NCBI GenBank assembly: GCA_964304625.1 | Contig: OZ199839.1 | Coordinates: 2,172,093-2,236,092, forward strand | Length of the DNA stretch: 64,000 nt | Reading direction: 5' to 3' | From: Kudoa neothunni | Taxonomy: Eukaryota; Animalia; Cnidaria | In this document: positions 53,613 through 64,000 of the stretch, in pieces | How positions within the stretch are numbered: position 1 is the first letter of the stretch | Layout of the letters: every line of letters starts with the position of its first letter | The notes under the pieces: generated by a model | What the model was told of the DNA's origin: nothing | What the model saw: only the letters and a program-made list of their open reading frames with translations | Database searches by the model: none | Program-made: the position numbers and the translations under genes

Positions 53613-55170
53613 ATGATTTTATTTATTTTTCTATTTGTTTTTGTTTCCAGCTGCATGAGTGTACACAATTCATATGGTTATTATAATATTTATTGTGGAA
53701 TGGAAAATTGTTACGATGGTAATTTTATAGTGGATGATAGTTATGATCAAATACTATGATTTTAGTGCTGAATGTCACCCGAAACTCTACTAAAGTAGTG
53801 TAAAATTCACATTTGGGTTTTATGAGGTGATTTATAGTCTGAAATATCGCGGAAATTTCGCCGGATGGCCCTTAAATATCACCCCGATAGAAACAGTGTA
53901 TGAGCTGAGTTGTTCATAATACAACCGATCAAATAGAATCACTTCTAATGATCAATTAAATAGGACCACGAAGCCAAAGCCATATACAATATGTTGACCA
54001 CGGCTTACGATGTAGGCTTAAGTTTACAATAATCAACCACATAATCATTAACAATAATTTCCATATGGAATTTATTTAGACTCTCAAGGACGATGCTACC
54101 AGAGAAGAATACAATTATTTTCTGGACCATCCTGGTCAATATTTATACATTGAATCACCAGAAAATAATTTGATAATTTGTGTTTGGTGTAGATCAACGC
54201 TATAGAAACTATTATATGTATTACCAGAGAAGTGTACAGAATTACATCGATATTCGATTGGTTATTGTGGGTTTGATTGTGACTATATCGATTTTCCAAG
54301 TAACTAACACACATAATATCTCACTATTTTGGTGGTTATAATAACCCACTTGAAATAGCATATAATATTGAAGCAAAATTATGAACTGGCTGTCCAACAA
54401 AGAATGCAAGATCCAAAGTTGCACCATTTGGTAGATTTTATGCAACTATTGACGGTTGCATGCATCGTAAATCAACAACCCAATAACATTTCACACAACT
54501 AGGCAAAACAACAACTAAGCATCAAATATGCTTCCAATTCGACGGGTGGAAAAAAGAAAAAGTACATAGAGATTGACGATGAAGAGTACGAGAAAACACT
54601 CAAATCTCTCGTGGAAGAAACCTACTATTTTAAAAACGTGGTGAAAAAGCCAGACATGAAATCTCTTCTTGTGTATCAAGTTGCCACATTGCCTTATTTT
54701 TTGGGAACCTGGTTGGCGTGGAAAGTTAGATGGTTCTACCATTACAACATTAAACAGTTGCCCTACTCCGCAGATGATCAAGCATATCTCACACGTCATT
54801 TTTTAAAAATTGATTCCAATCGATGGAATGTATGTGATTGCGAAGTTAACATCGAGCTCCCCTCCCTAATTTTATCTAGTTGTTGAGTGAAGATGAACGT
54901 CTAGATTTGATCCACCTGAAACTGTGGATTCCACAAAATTTGCACGTGACTTTATGTTACTTCTGTGAAATTAATCCATTACCACTGTGTGCTTAGGATT
55001 ACAACCAAACCTTGGAGGATTACGCAAGAGAAAAATTATCAAAAGATAACAAACACAAAATTGTCAAGTGATCACTGAATTATAGTTGTTTCGCCGAATT
55101 ATTATTGTTGTTCCTGTGTAGACGTTACCTTCGAAAAAACCAAGGAGAGCAAATTCAGCTCGATTTTTAA
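53613..55170 (+). CDS. DNAJC25: DnaJ homolog subfamily C member 25, 11 exons
   Basis: Signal peptide, IYCGMENCYDVL, J-domain YHPD, TLKDDATREEYNYFLDHP, TM segment, KKPD...LPY, LWIPQN; all 10 introns splice in phase. Confidence 0.92.
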
Positions 55171-55551
55171 CTGAAAATTATATATTGATGGATTAATGTA
55201 GTGTTTTACTGATTTGTTCAACTTGGTGTGATACTTTTTAATATGCGCGCGATTGATTCTATACAAAAATCAGACAAATGTTGGGCGTTTACATGTATTG
55301 CGCGATATGTTTTTCGTTCTAAGTTTTACATTAGTGAATTATATTATCTATGTATTTTCCATGTTCATTTTTTTACATTTAATGTTGAAATATTTTGGTG
55401 GATGTATATGCGCGTTAGTAATAGTTAATTGTTTTTCTAATTCACAGTATAGTTAGTGATCGCCTTATCGTTGTTTAAGTTGAAAAATTCGGCGACTAAA
55501 ATCGATGTTTATTTTGGTTAGTTCAGCAGCGCTTGCGCGCCGCTGAACGCC

Positions 55552-56044
55552 CAGGCTGCCGGGGTGGGTTTTTTTTATTTTTTACAAAATCCTCAGTTTC
55601 TATTGAAAACCTGTAAACATCGAATAATAACACAAGTTATTATATGTGTGGCATTAATATTTATATTTTTAATCACATATTCTATTCAGATTATATCATA
55701 CAGGGTTTAAACATTTACCATATTGAATGACAACACATTTGTTGAACGTAAAACGATTACATTATTACTCGGTAAACATTGTCGCATATTATTAGAAAAT
55801 TTTAACGTCATTTATAAACATGTATTGAACTATGAAATAATTAATTTTGAGCACTTTGTTCTATACTAGACATTAAGTATGAGTGAGTTTTCGCGCCAAA
55901 AAATTGCAGTAATACGTTGATAAATTTAAACTTAATATCTAAGAACGTATTTATAGAACCAGAAGATTAACAACTTTAATAGACACGATTCGATTTTTTG
56001 TTGTAAGTTGAATTAGCGTTTTTCAAACCCCGCGGGCAGATCTG
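55552..56044 (+). mobile_element. hAT-like MITE
   Basis: Imperfect TIRs CAGGCTGCCGGGGTGGGTTT / AAACCCCGCGGGCAGATCTG, TSD TGAACGCC / TGAATACC; second copy at 18775-19420. Confidence 0.72.
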
Positions 56045-57183
56045 TGAATACCTTAAATAAAAAAGTTGAAACAAAATCCCCACAAAAGCTTTTCTTATCA
56101 AAATCGATAGCGGAGAAGGTCGAGAACTACAACAGAAACTAAATTTTTCTCAAACAAAATAATTGGCAGAAAAATGTCTCGAAACGCCTTTTTAACAAAA
56201 TATGTTAAAAAGACTTGATTTTCTTGTAAATTCTATTTTGTTGTAGAGATAATTTTACGTTGCGATATTTACAAGCTAATTCGAATTCCGCCCTCTCTAT
56301 TTCGATCCATTAGGAAAGAAAACTATCAATTTATCTCCGGTTACTACCCATTCCAAGTTGGTTGGAAGATTGTAAATATTCCCGGAAAATAAAAGTCGAA
56401 ACTTTTTTAAAAATTCGATGACTAAAATCTACTTTAACCGAAAACGGCGACTTTTTATTATAATGATTCTATTTAAGTATGCGGAAAAAGAATTTTGTAC
56501 GATAAGAATAGTAGGACAATTATTTTATTTGAGATGTAAAGAGAAACTACAATTCAACAAATATTTTCTTATATGATTTAACGAATATAATACGGTTTAT
56601 ATATCCAATGTAATATTAATATTTAAAAGACTAATATATTTACCAATATTGGAAGTTACGTGACGCGACATTGTTTGTTCCCTCCTATAGGATTGCAAGG
56701 AAATTCATATCAATAGTTAGATAAGTATTGAATTAATAAAATAAATGCGATATTAAAATATTATTGAAATGTTGAATTCAAACAGCTTTTTGAACTATTA
56801 TAAAGATGAAATAAGTTAAAATTATTTTTTCACTTTTTTCGAATCAAAAATTGGTAGAAATTACAAACAATTTTAACTAGGAAAGGCATAAATAAAGTTA
56901 GAGCTACGGAATCTAGTCTAATCGAGAGAATCGTCGTGTTGCAGTTTTTATTAATGAAAGTGTTAGATAAAATAAACTGTATTTTTTAGAGTGCTTAATA
57001 AATGAAAGGTGTAGCCGAACGTGGAAAAATTTTATGTTAACAAAATATAAAATAAATATAGGCTATATGAAATATTGATAGAATATTAAAAATAATAATA
57101 CATTTTGGATCTTAAACTTACTGAAATTAAAGATTACTTCACGTCGAATGAAAAAGAGGTGGGGTAATTTTTATTACAATGAA

Positions 57184-58153
57184 CTAATCTAGTTGGTTTG
57201 TATTTTTCTTTAATTTTTTCTTCATCTCGGTCGTGTAGATATAATTTTCCAGATTATTATTTGAATATTCCTATATTTATAAAGTAAGATTCTGCGTTGC
57301 AGAATAGGAACAACATCCCAAATTTACATACCTGCCTTGTCACTATATAATACATCATGACTATACAACTGGTACCGTAAGTGACAAAGTAAGTGACCGG
57401 TTCCATAATATCCCACGAATAATCCACGAATGTCAAATGTGCTAAAAATCCAAACTGAAACGACATACATGACAGTGTTATCCATTGGGCGCGTTGGGCC
57501 TTTCTCAAACATTTTAGATGATTACTATCCTGGGCATCCAATTCGTTCGGTGTATTTAAAGAATTTCCTTTATCGAGAGGATTCTAAAATCAAATTCAGC
57601 ACATAGTTTGGGGCTAGTTCGATTGATACAGTTTGAGGCCATATTCCCTCTATCCAATCAACCTATCGATTACACACATAATTGAATGAAAATACTTGAG
57701 GTTAAACTGAATTCGAAAACAATTTTATCGTTATTCACTTTTATTTGGTGGGGTTGATCGTTGTATAAATAAAGCAGTAGAGTATTGTTTGCTATTTGAC
57801 GTTGTTGTGCATCCGTCACTTTCACACACTCAATATCGCTGATTTCCCTCTTAATCGTTTTACTCATTTTGTCTATACTATCCACATAGGGATTAAATCG
57901 AAATTGAGTTTCTGTCGGAGAATTATCATTTTTTACATTAATTGCCAAATATTGTTTCTCGTGATACACTCCACTAACTACATAACCGAATATATTTTAT
58001 TCTAAAAAATCTTTAGCTGGATAATTGATAATACTTGTGGATAATGGTTTGATGAGCTTTCTAAAATAAGCTATTTTAATAATTACACTCAAAACACAAT
58101 CAACGTTCAAAATACTTAAAGCCCTTGATTGAAAAACTGTACGAAGAAAACAT
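57184..58153 (-). CDS. MCU: Mitochondrial calcium uniporter, 6 exons
   Basis: QFGFLAHLTFVDYSWDIMEPVTYFVTYG pore motif between two TM helices; basic/Ser presequence MFSSYSFSIKGFKK. Confidence 0.93.
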
Positions 58154-58882
58154 ATCCCACCTACCAAGCCCAAAATGTCTCGGAGTCATTTCAAAGTATG
58201 TTTAGAATAATCCTATTAAACTTAGCTGTTTGGTTGTTAATGGCCTTTAATTCTCACAGGTTTATTTGGAAATTTCATCATATCCATGACGATAAATGTA
58301 GTTATTAAGATCTCTGATACATGTTATGACAATGGGTCATTCAGACATGATTCCAAAATAATTATCCGATTCCTTATTAATTCCCTGAAATAACTTTGAT
58401 TGACTTAACCTTATTTACTCTAGATTATATAACTTTCAATTGTGCTGTTAATTATTTGATTTGTTAGTTTTACGTAATCATTACGACCCGATTTAGGATT
58501 TAGTGTTGCCGCTTCGCATTGGTTAAATTCTAAATAAGTAAATTTAATCAAGATCACCTAATCTGACGGAGATAACATGGAAAATCTTCATAAATATGTT
58601 CAATCATTTTTTTGAATTTAATTCTATCAAGAATTTGTTGGATGCTGAAAGACCAAAATTTAAGAAATAATAATTGTTTCATTTTTAATTTATCAAACTT
58701 AATTCTAATTTTTTATTTCTCTCTATAAGTTAAAAAATTAGTTGTGTTATATATTATTATTTTAATGAATTTAATAGTTATTTCATGGATACATTTAAAT
58801 TTGATTTTTAAAATGTCTAAATAGTAGATTAAGATTATTGTTATCGGGGTGGTTCGGTGAGGATTTTATAGTATTTTAGATA

Positions 58883-59117
58883 GGTACTTGCTATTGACAC
58901 GTAAGTTTTTAATCCGAACTAGCAACCACGCTTGCGCACTGTCCATCTTTAATCCCGGTAACTCCTATTTATAGTTGACCTATAAAGTTTACTTTTTAGA
59001 ATCTGCTGTATTTAATTATTTTTGGTCCATCGCTACTGCTCCTAGGGTCAAAAATAATTAAATGCAGTCGAAACCATACCTACCTGGATATTATGATCCG
59101 TGTCAATAGCCAATTCC
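58883..59117 (+). mobile_element. ~230-bp MITE carrying a GCGC motif, copy 3 (best TIRs)
   Basis: GGTACTTGCTATTGACACG ... CGTGTCAATAGCCAATTCC, with a 12-bp perfect inverted core. Confidence 0.7.
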
Positions 59118-59322
59118 TTGTTTGTTGGTACTTTTATTATCCAAGCACTGCTTTTTACAGAAAAAAGTGCACCCCGAACATTGAAATGTACGATAGAAAA
59201 ATTGAATCCCTACCTAGCGAACTGTTAATCCTTTGAACCCCAATGTTGTTAACTGGCAACATTTTAATTTTGTGGGTGTATTAACCATTTAATTACATTT
59301 TTTAAATCTATGTTTTGCTTAA

Positions 59323-60432
59323 ATTTGATATACGCCCACCTTTAAGCCCCGTTCGAAAAAAGATTTATTTTGTAATAAACAAGATTATATTTAATAATAA
59401 CGATATGTAAGTAATAGTCTATAGTTATTCTAATACGATGTCATGCATCACGATTTGAAGTGCACAGATGAAACCATTCCAGAGATCATTACAGTTTTTT
59501 CTCCTCCACTGAAATTCTGCAAGGAATTCGTTGATTCCACCAATAGAAACAGAGCCATCATCTTGGACTGTAGATGTTCTATTTCTAGGTGAAATTTTGT
59601 ACTTTATAGCTCCCCACGTACCTTCGGTTGTGTTTGTATGTGCTCCAGTAATACTATCAACATATTCAATGCTATGGTTAACTGTTAAATGCTGATAGAA
59701 GTTATGCAATGTAGAATAACTCTTGAAACAATCGGTTATTATAATTGAATATGGCTTTACGTAAATTTTGATTATTTCTATTAATGTTTCTGCCGTTCTA
59801 TCGGGAACTGCAATAAGAAACAATTTTCTTTCGGATGCCCTTTCTACACCACCAAGTACCCATGCTCCGTTAACGTCATGACCTCGGTTGTATTTATGCT
59901 TTCCAAATTTTGATTCATCCATTTCGACGATTATGTTTTCCTCACCAATGATGACATCTTCGAAATCTAGACTGTCACCAACTATTTGTCTAAAATAATG
60001 AGAGTAGTTTGTGATTGTTTGGGACGAATGACCAGTAATTTTTATCAAATCAACTGTCTTCACGCTAACTAACCAATAATAAGATAATTTGAGGATTGCA
60101 TTAATTTTTAGTTTGGTGTGTTTGAAAAATGATTTTTCCAAAATTGAAATTTCTTTTCTACATTTCTTCCCGCAGCATCTCCAGTTTTTCCTGTGTTGCG
60201 TAAAATTATCATAATTGCAATGCGCACATATATTTGGTGCCTGAAAAACATTATTTTCAATTAAATATTTGATAGAATCCTTTTCATTCTCAAATATATA
60301 TTCTAGAGCACTTATTGGAGTAATCATGGCGGATTAAACAGGCCGCAATATGGTGATCAATTTATTGCTCCACGTGTCACACTAACCCCCATTTTGAAAG
60401 GGCTTAAAGGGGGCGTATATCAAATGTGGTCC
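59323..60432 (-). mobile_element. Merlin DNA transposon, near complete
   Basis: TIRs ATTTGATATACGCCC(A)CCTTTAAGCCC on both sides; the left one lacks about 7 terminal bases. Confidence 0.9.
59425..60327 (-). CDS. Merlin / ISXO2-like (IS1595 family) DDE transposase, 300 aa
   Basis: Zn ribbon CAHC...WRC, VEMDESKFG, WVLGGVER, IITDCFKSY, HLTVNHS, HTNTTEGTW. Confidence 0.93.
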   Translation of the reverse strand: MITPISALEYIFENEKDSIKYLIENNVFQAPNICAHCNYDNFTQHRKNWRCCGKKCRKEISILEKSFFKHTKLKINAILKLSYYWLVSVKTVDLIKITGHSSQTITNYSHYFRQIVGDSLDFEDVIIGEENIIVEMDESKFGKHKYNRGHDVNGAWVLGGVERASERKLFLIAVPDRTAETLIEIIKIYVKPYSIIITDCFKSYSTLHNFYQHLTVNHSIEYVDSITGAHTNTTEGTWGAIKYKISPRNRTSTVQDDGSVSIGGINEFLAEFQWRRKNCNDLWNGFICALQIVMHDIVLE

Positions 60433-61139
60433 CTATCTTTATTATAATACTATAGTTAATGTTAATTTGATTTTATATAAATGAATTGTAAAAATTTGTA
60501 TGTTTTATATCAAGAGCAAAACAGATAAATAAGAAATTTTCAGTTGTGAGTGTATAATATACATATTGTAAAAAATATATAAATAAAAAATTTTCAAATA
60601 TTTATGTCAAGGTAGGCGCAGAGGTCACAGCTGCCTCCGGCCTCCTATATAAAAGACACGTAGATGCGCGTAACTGGCACGTGCGATGAGATTTCACTCT
60701 TGTCTAATTTTTGTACTAACCAGGGCATGCAAACTACATTCTGCATACCCTGTGTAGCCACGTGACAACATGCGGTAACGGGAGCCGATTTGCATCTCTC
60801 ATACATCAAATTTTAGTTATCTTTTGAATTATTAAATATTTAAATCTTAATCAGTGTCTCCGAGGTGCTAAAATTAGGTAATATTTCGGAGAAAGTGCGA
60901 GTTACACATAAATTATTCCTAATCTCTATTTTGATTATCTGTTAAAAATGTTTTTTGGTTTTATCACGTTACTTTCAAACATAGATAATCACTATCTCAA
61001 ACAGTTTTCAAAACTTCTCTTTGAAGAAAAGACGAGAATCATCAAAAATATATAATTCGATATATGATGCGACGGAAATGTACATGCGAAATAATCAGAG
61101 ATGGTTTGGGTCGTTTTGAACATCCCATACACCATTATA

Positions 61140-61950
61140 AGTAACGATCCCCAGACTTTCTAAGAACCCATTCTACAAGTCTGATTCATTTATGTGCTGT
61201 CATTGGAATTCTCCCAAGAAGTCGTCGATCCCACCTTCTTCGACCTCACCATCCTCATTTACGGATGATGTCCTGTTTCTAGGGGAGATTCTGTATTTGA
61301 TGGCATTCCAGGCTCCTTCAATGGTGTTAGTGTGCGCTCCTGTTAGAGAGTGCACAAATTCGATACTGTGGTTAACCCTTGAATGATCATAGAATTGGCG
61401 GAGTTGACTGTAACTGAAGAAACAATCAGTAATTACAGTGGTTCATTCTCGAACATAAGTTTTTATAATTGATATTAATGTTTCTGCCGTCCGATGGGGA
61501 ACTTCAATAAGAAACATCTTCCTTTCGTCACTACGGGCAACTCCACCGAGGACTCAGGCACCGTTAATTGGATATTCACGATGATGTTTGTTTTTATTAA
61601 ACTTAGACTCATTGATTTCAACGACGATTCCTGAACCCTCAATGATCGGATAATCTAAGTCTAGACTAACTGCCTCAAACAGTTGCTGTAATTTGATACA
61701 GTAGCACTCGAATGGCTAGTTATTAACATCAGATGTTTCAACTTAATTCCCACCAACCAATAGCATGCGAATTGCAGAATATTGATGTTTTTTGTGTACA
61801 CCCATTTTTTCGATGGAATGAAATGTCACCGTTCCCACAAGTAGAACAAGATTCCGGTTTTATTATGACTTGTTTTTCAAACGAATAAGCAATGGCGTTT
61901 TCTTCGTTTGAAAAAATATCATAAAATTTTTCAACTGGAGGAAACAGTTC
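61140..61950 (-). pseudogene. Degenerate Merlin transposase, second subfamily
   Basis: Broken minus-strand frames give VVEINESKF, VITDCFFSY, RVNHSIEFV, HTNTIEGAWNAIKYRISPRNR. Confidence 0.8.
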
Positions 61951-62087
61951 TTTTTATTTGCAGAGTGAGGGCGGAGCGCCACGTTTAGAGGATTAAGGGA
62001 TCTATACTGAAGTTCAGCCAGATTTTTTTATTAAATAATAGTTGGTGATTATTCTTTTATGAAATTCATTCATGAACCCGTTCCATG

Positions 62088-64000
62088 TTATTGACAACAG
62101 TATCTTTTATTATTTTCACACTTCCCGTTGAATCTGTCGGAGAGCATGTTAAGCATTTCAATGAGTTCTAAAATAAATTTACACATAATCTAAATATATT
62201 TTTGTACAGATTAAAAATGTTACCCATCGTAGTGTTATTTATATCACTGTGAATCAACCTTAAAATTATTTTCAAAGTTGCCATTTCCCAAATTTTGGTT
62301 GTTGTATTTGGTACAAACCATTTATCTGAGTCCTCCGCGTATTTGTATCTGTCAACATCCTCAGTCTTCATTATTATTTCCAGGAATCTAAAAATTGATT
62401 ATATATATTCATATTAATCGGTCTAACCACAAAGCTGAGGGGTTCTCCAGTAGCGTGATTAGGTCATTGGATATTTTTCAATTATACTGGATATAATTGA
62501 ATTCAATCCCGCGTTGGGATTGACGATTGGAATGTTTTGACAATTTGGGTGTTTATATACTCAAAGAGCTTAATTAAGAATTACAAATTGGCTATATTAA
62601 CATCGATACCAGTTCATCTCCAATAGTTATGTTGATATTAATTTGGTAAATTATCAGGTTGGATTCTATAACACAAATTAAACCACAAAAAATTTGTTAC
62701 CTTTATTTATTATAGCATGTGTTTCCGGAAACTCCCTATGCTCAGAATTGAACAAATCAATCAACTAATCATTATTTTGGGTAATGACATTAGAGGAGTA
62801 GTATTCGTTTTGTAGGATGAGTGTGTGTACTCCTTGATCAGTTTTTCTAACATCCTCCAGCATTAAAGCCTTCAAACGATCACCATTTGCAAGTTGATTT
62901 ATTAAGGTGTTTCGCTCGATGAATTTGCTATAAATCGAACCACACTGTTTGTTTAAGCAGTAGGTTCGAATGCTCGAACATGATAGACTTGCATCCCATA
63001 TTGTTGTCTGTGTCTGCGATTTGCAATGGGGCATTTACCTTTAAATAATACTTTAAGTGAATTATTTTTGGGGATGACACTCCAAGAATTTGTCCATTCC
63101 TATATCCTTATGTAATTTGATCACAATTTGTTTAAAAATGTGACACACAAAATTAAAAGGAGGGACCATTGTTGAGACTTGGGGGTTGGTATCTGGATTA
63201 GAGTGGGTATCATCTGATTTGAAGATAAATATCAAAATTGAATAAAAAATTTGTTACCCCTTAGGGGGTTGTCAATTATTTCGACAATGTTAGGTTGTTC
63301 GTTGGTCGCGATAAGACTGTTGGTTACATCACTTATTGTTTCACATGAACGCGGGGCGGCTAAATCTTCCGGTTTGTATACTTGGACATTAATGTTGGAT
63401 GGATGATACTGCACGAGTTACAGCAACAAAAAGTCGTTAGTCATAATAGAAGACCAATCGGTATCCATCACTAATGGTCTTGATTGTTTGGGGTTTGAGT
63501 TATGAGTGCGTCGTCACAACCTTCCACCCTTGTTGTATATAGAGAAATCCAGATGTTCGATCTTGTTGAATTCTTTATTTCGAAGAAAACTATTAAGGTC
63601 ATCCCTATTGTCCCACATAATTAAATGGTGAGGATTAACCCGATGTATTCTAAACATTATGTGGACAGAGAAATTTTTTTTGGCTGCTATCGTCATGACT
63701 TTTCAGTACAATTTGATCAACTTTATAGGTTGAAGATGGGAAATCTCTTTCATCTTTTTTTGTTTTTGATATTGACGCGGATCCTATCGCTTCAATTTCT
63801 TCCCAAGAGGATTTTAGTTTAATATCCACATCAAAAAAGGGAATCATCTTTTGGTGGTGAATACATTAAAATATGTTCTTCCTTGATTGGATGATGTGCA
63901 TAAATTGTTCATATGTTGAGCAGGTTTTGATAATTTGCGAAACCATCCCTGGTATACATTATACTAGGCATTGTTAAAGCTTGTCTCTTTGAAATAATCT
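62088..64000 (-). CDS. Unidentified intron-dense gene, 5' end outside the window
   Basis: Many short exons with in-phase GT-AG junctions, including 10-nt and 16-nt microexons; some junctions unresolved. Confidence 0.55.

Noticed and set aside
59063-59236. Small spliced ORF MQSKPYLPGYYDP...
   Set aside because: The first exon lies within the MITE; short and without recognisable homology.
63232-63700. Chain of successive +1 frameshifts across the short minus-strand ORFs
   Set aside because: Four GT-AG introns of 35-50 nt with two microexons join the frames exactly in phase.
1-64000. CRISPR arrays, rRNA, operons, bacterial IS or contamination
   Set aside because: No spaced direct-repeat array or rRNA-like sequence; genes have spliceosomal introns, and the IS1595-like ORF is a eukaryotic Merlin interleaved with eukaryotic elements.

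Overview
AT-rich eukaryotic nuclear DNA with short (about 30-70 nt) GT-AG introns and strongly diverged animal-type proteins. This fits a reduced parasitic metazoan such as a myxozoan, which is inference only. Positions 1-9.5 kb are a five-element transposon nest: a degenerate Merlin hit by Ty3/Gypsy element A, itself split by a complete 4.2-kb Ty3/Gypsy element B with identical 129-bp LTRs, and also hit by a hAT MITE that carries a Helitron. Host genes reconstructed by hand-splicing are OTUD5-like, SAP30BP, ANAPC1, a STAM lacking VHS/UIM, USP39, MZT1, DNAJC25, MCU and several unidentified multi-exon genes. Between them are piggyBac, hAT, pogo, Tc1 and Merlin elements or MITEs and one tRNA-derived SINE. 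The strongest leads are: (i) single-base reading-frame breaks in otherwise intact-looking host genes (assembly error, pseudogenes, odd acceptor choice, or recoding/editing), (ii) an NRF1-like GCGCA(A/T)GCGC motif at most gene starts that is also carried by a ~230-bp MITE family, one copy of which fills a divergent intergenic gap, (iii) a very compact Gypsy whose gag starts inside the LTR, and (iv) inverted near-identical Helitrons bracketing the OTU gene. All gene models and family comparisons were made by eye from remembered consensus motifs; no searches were run.
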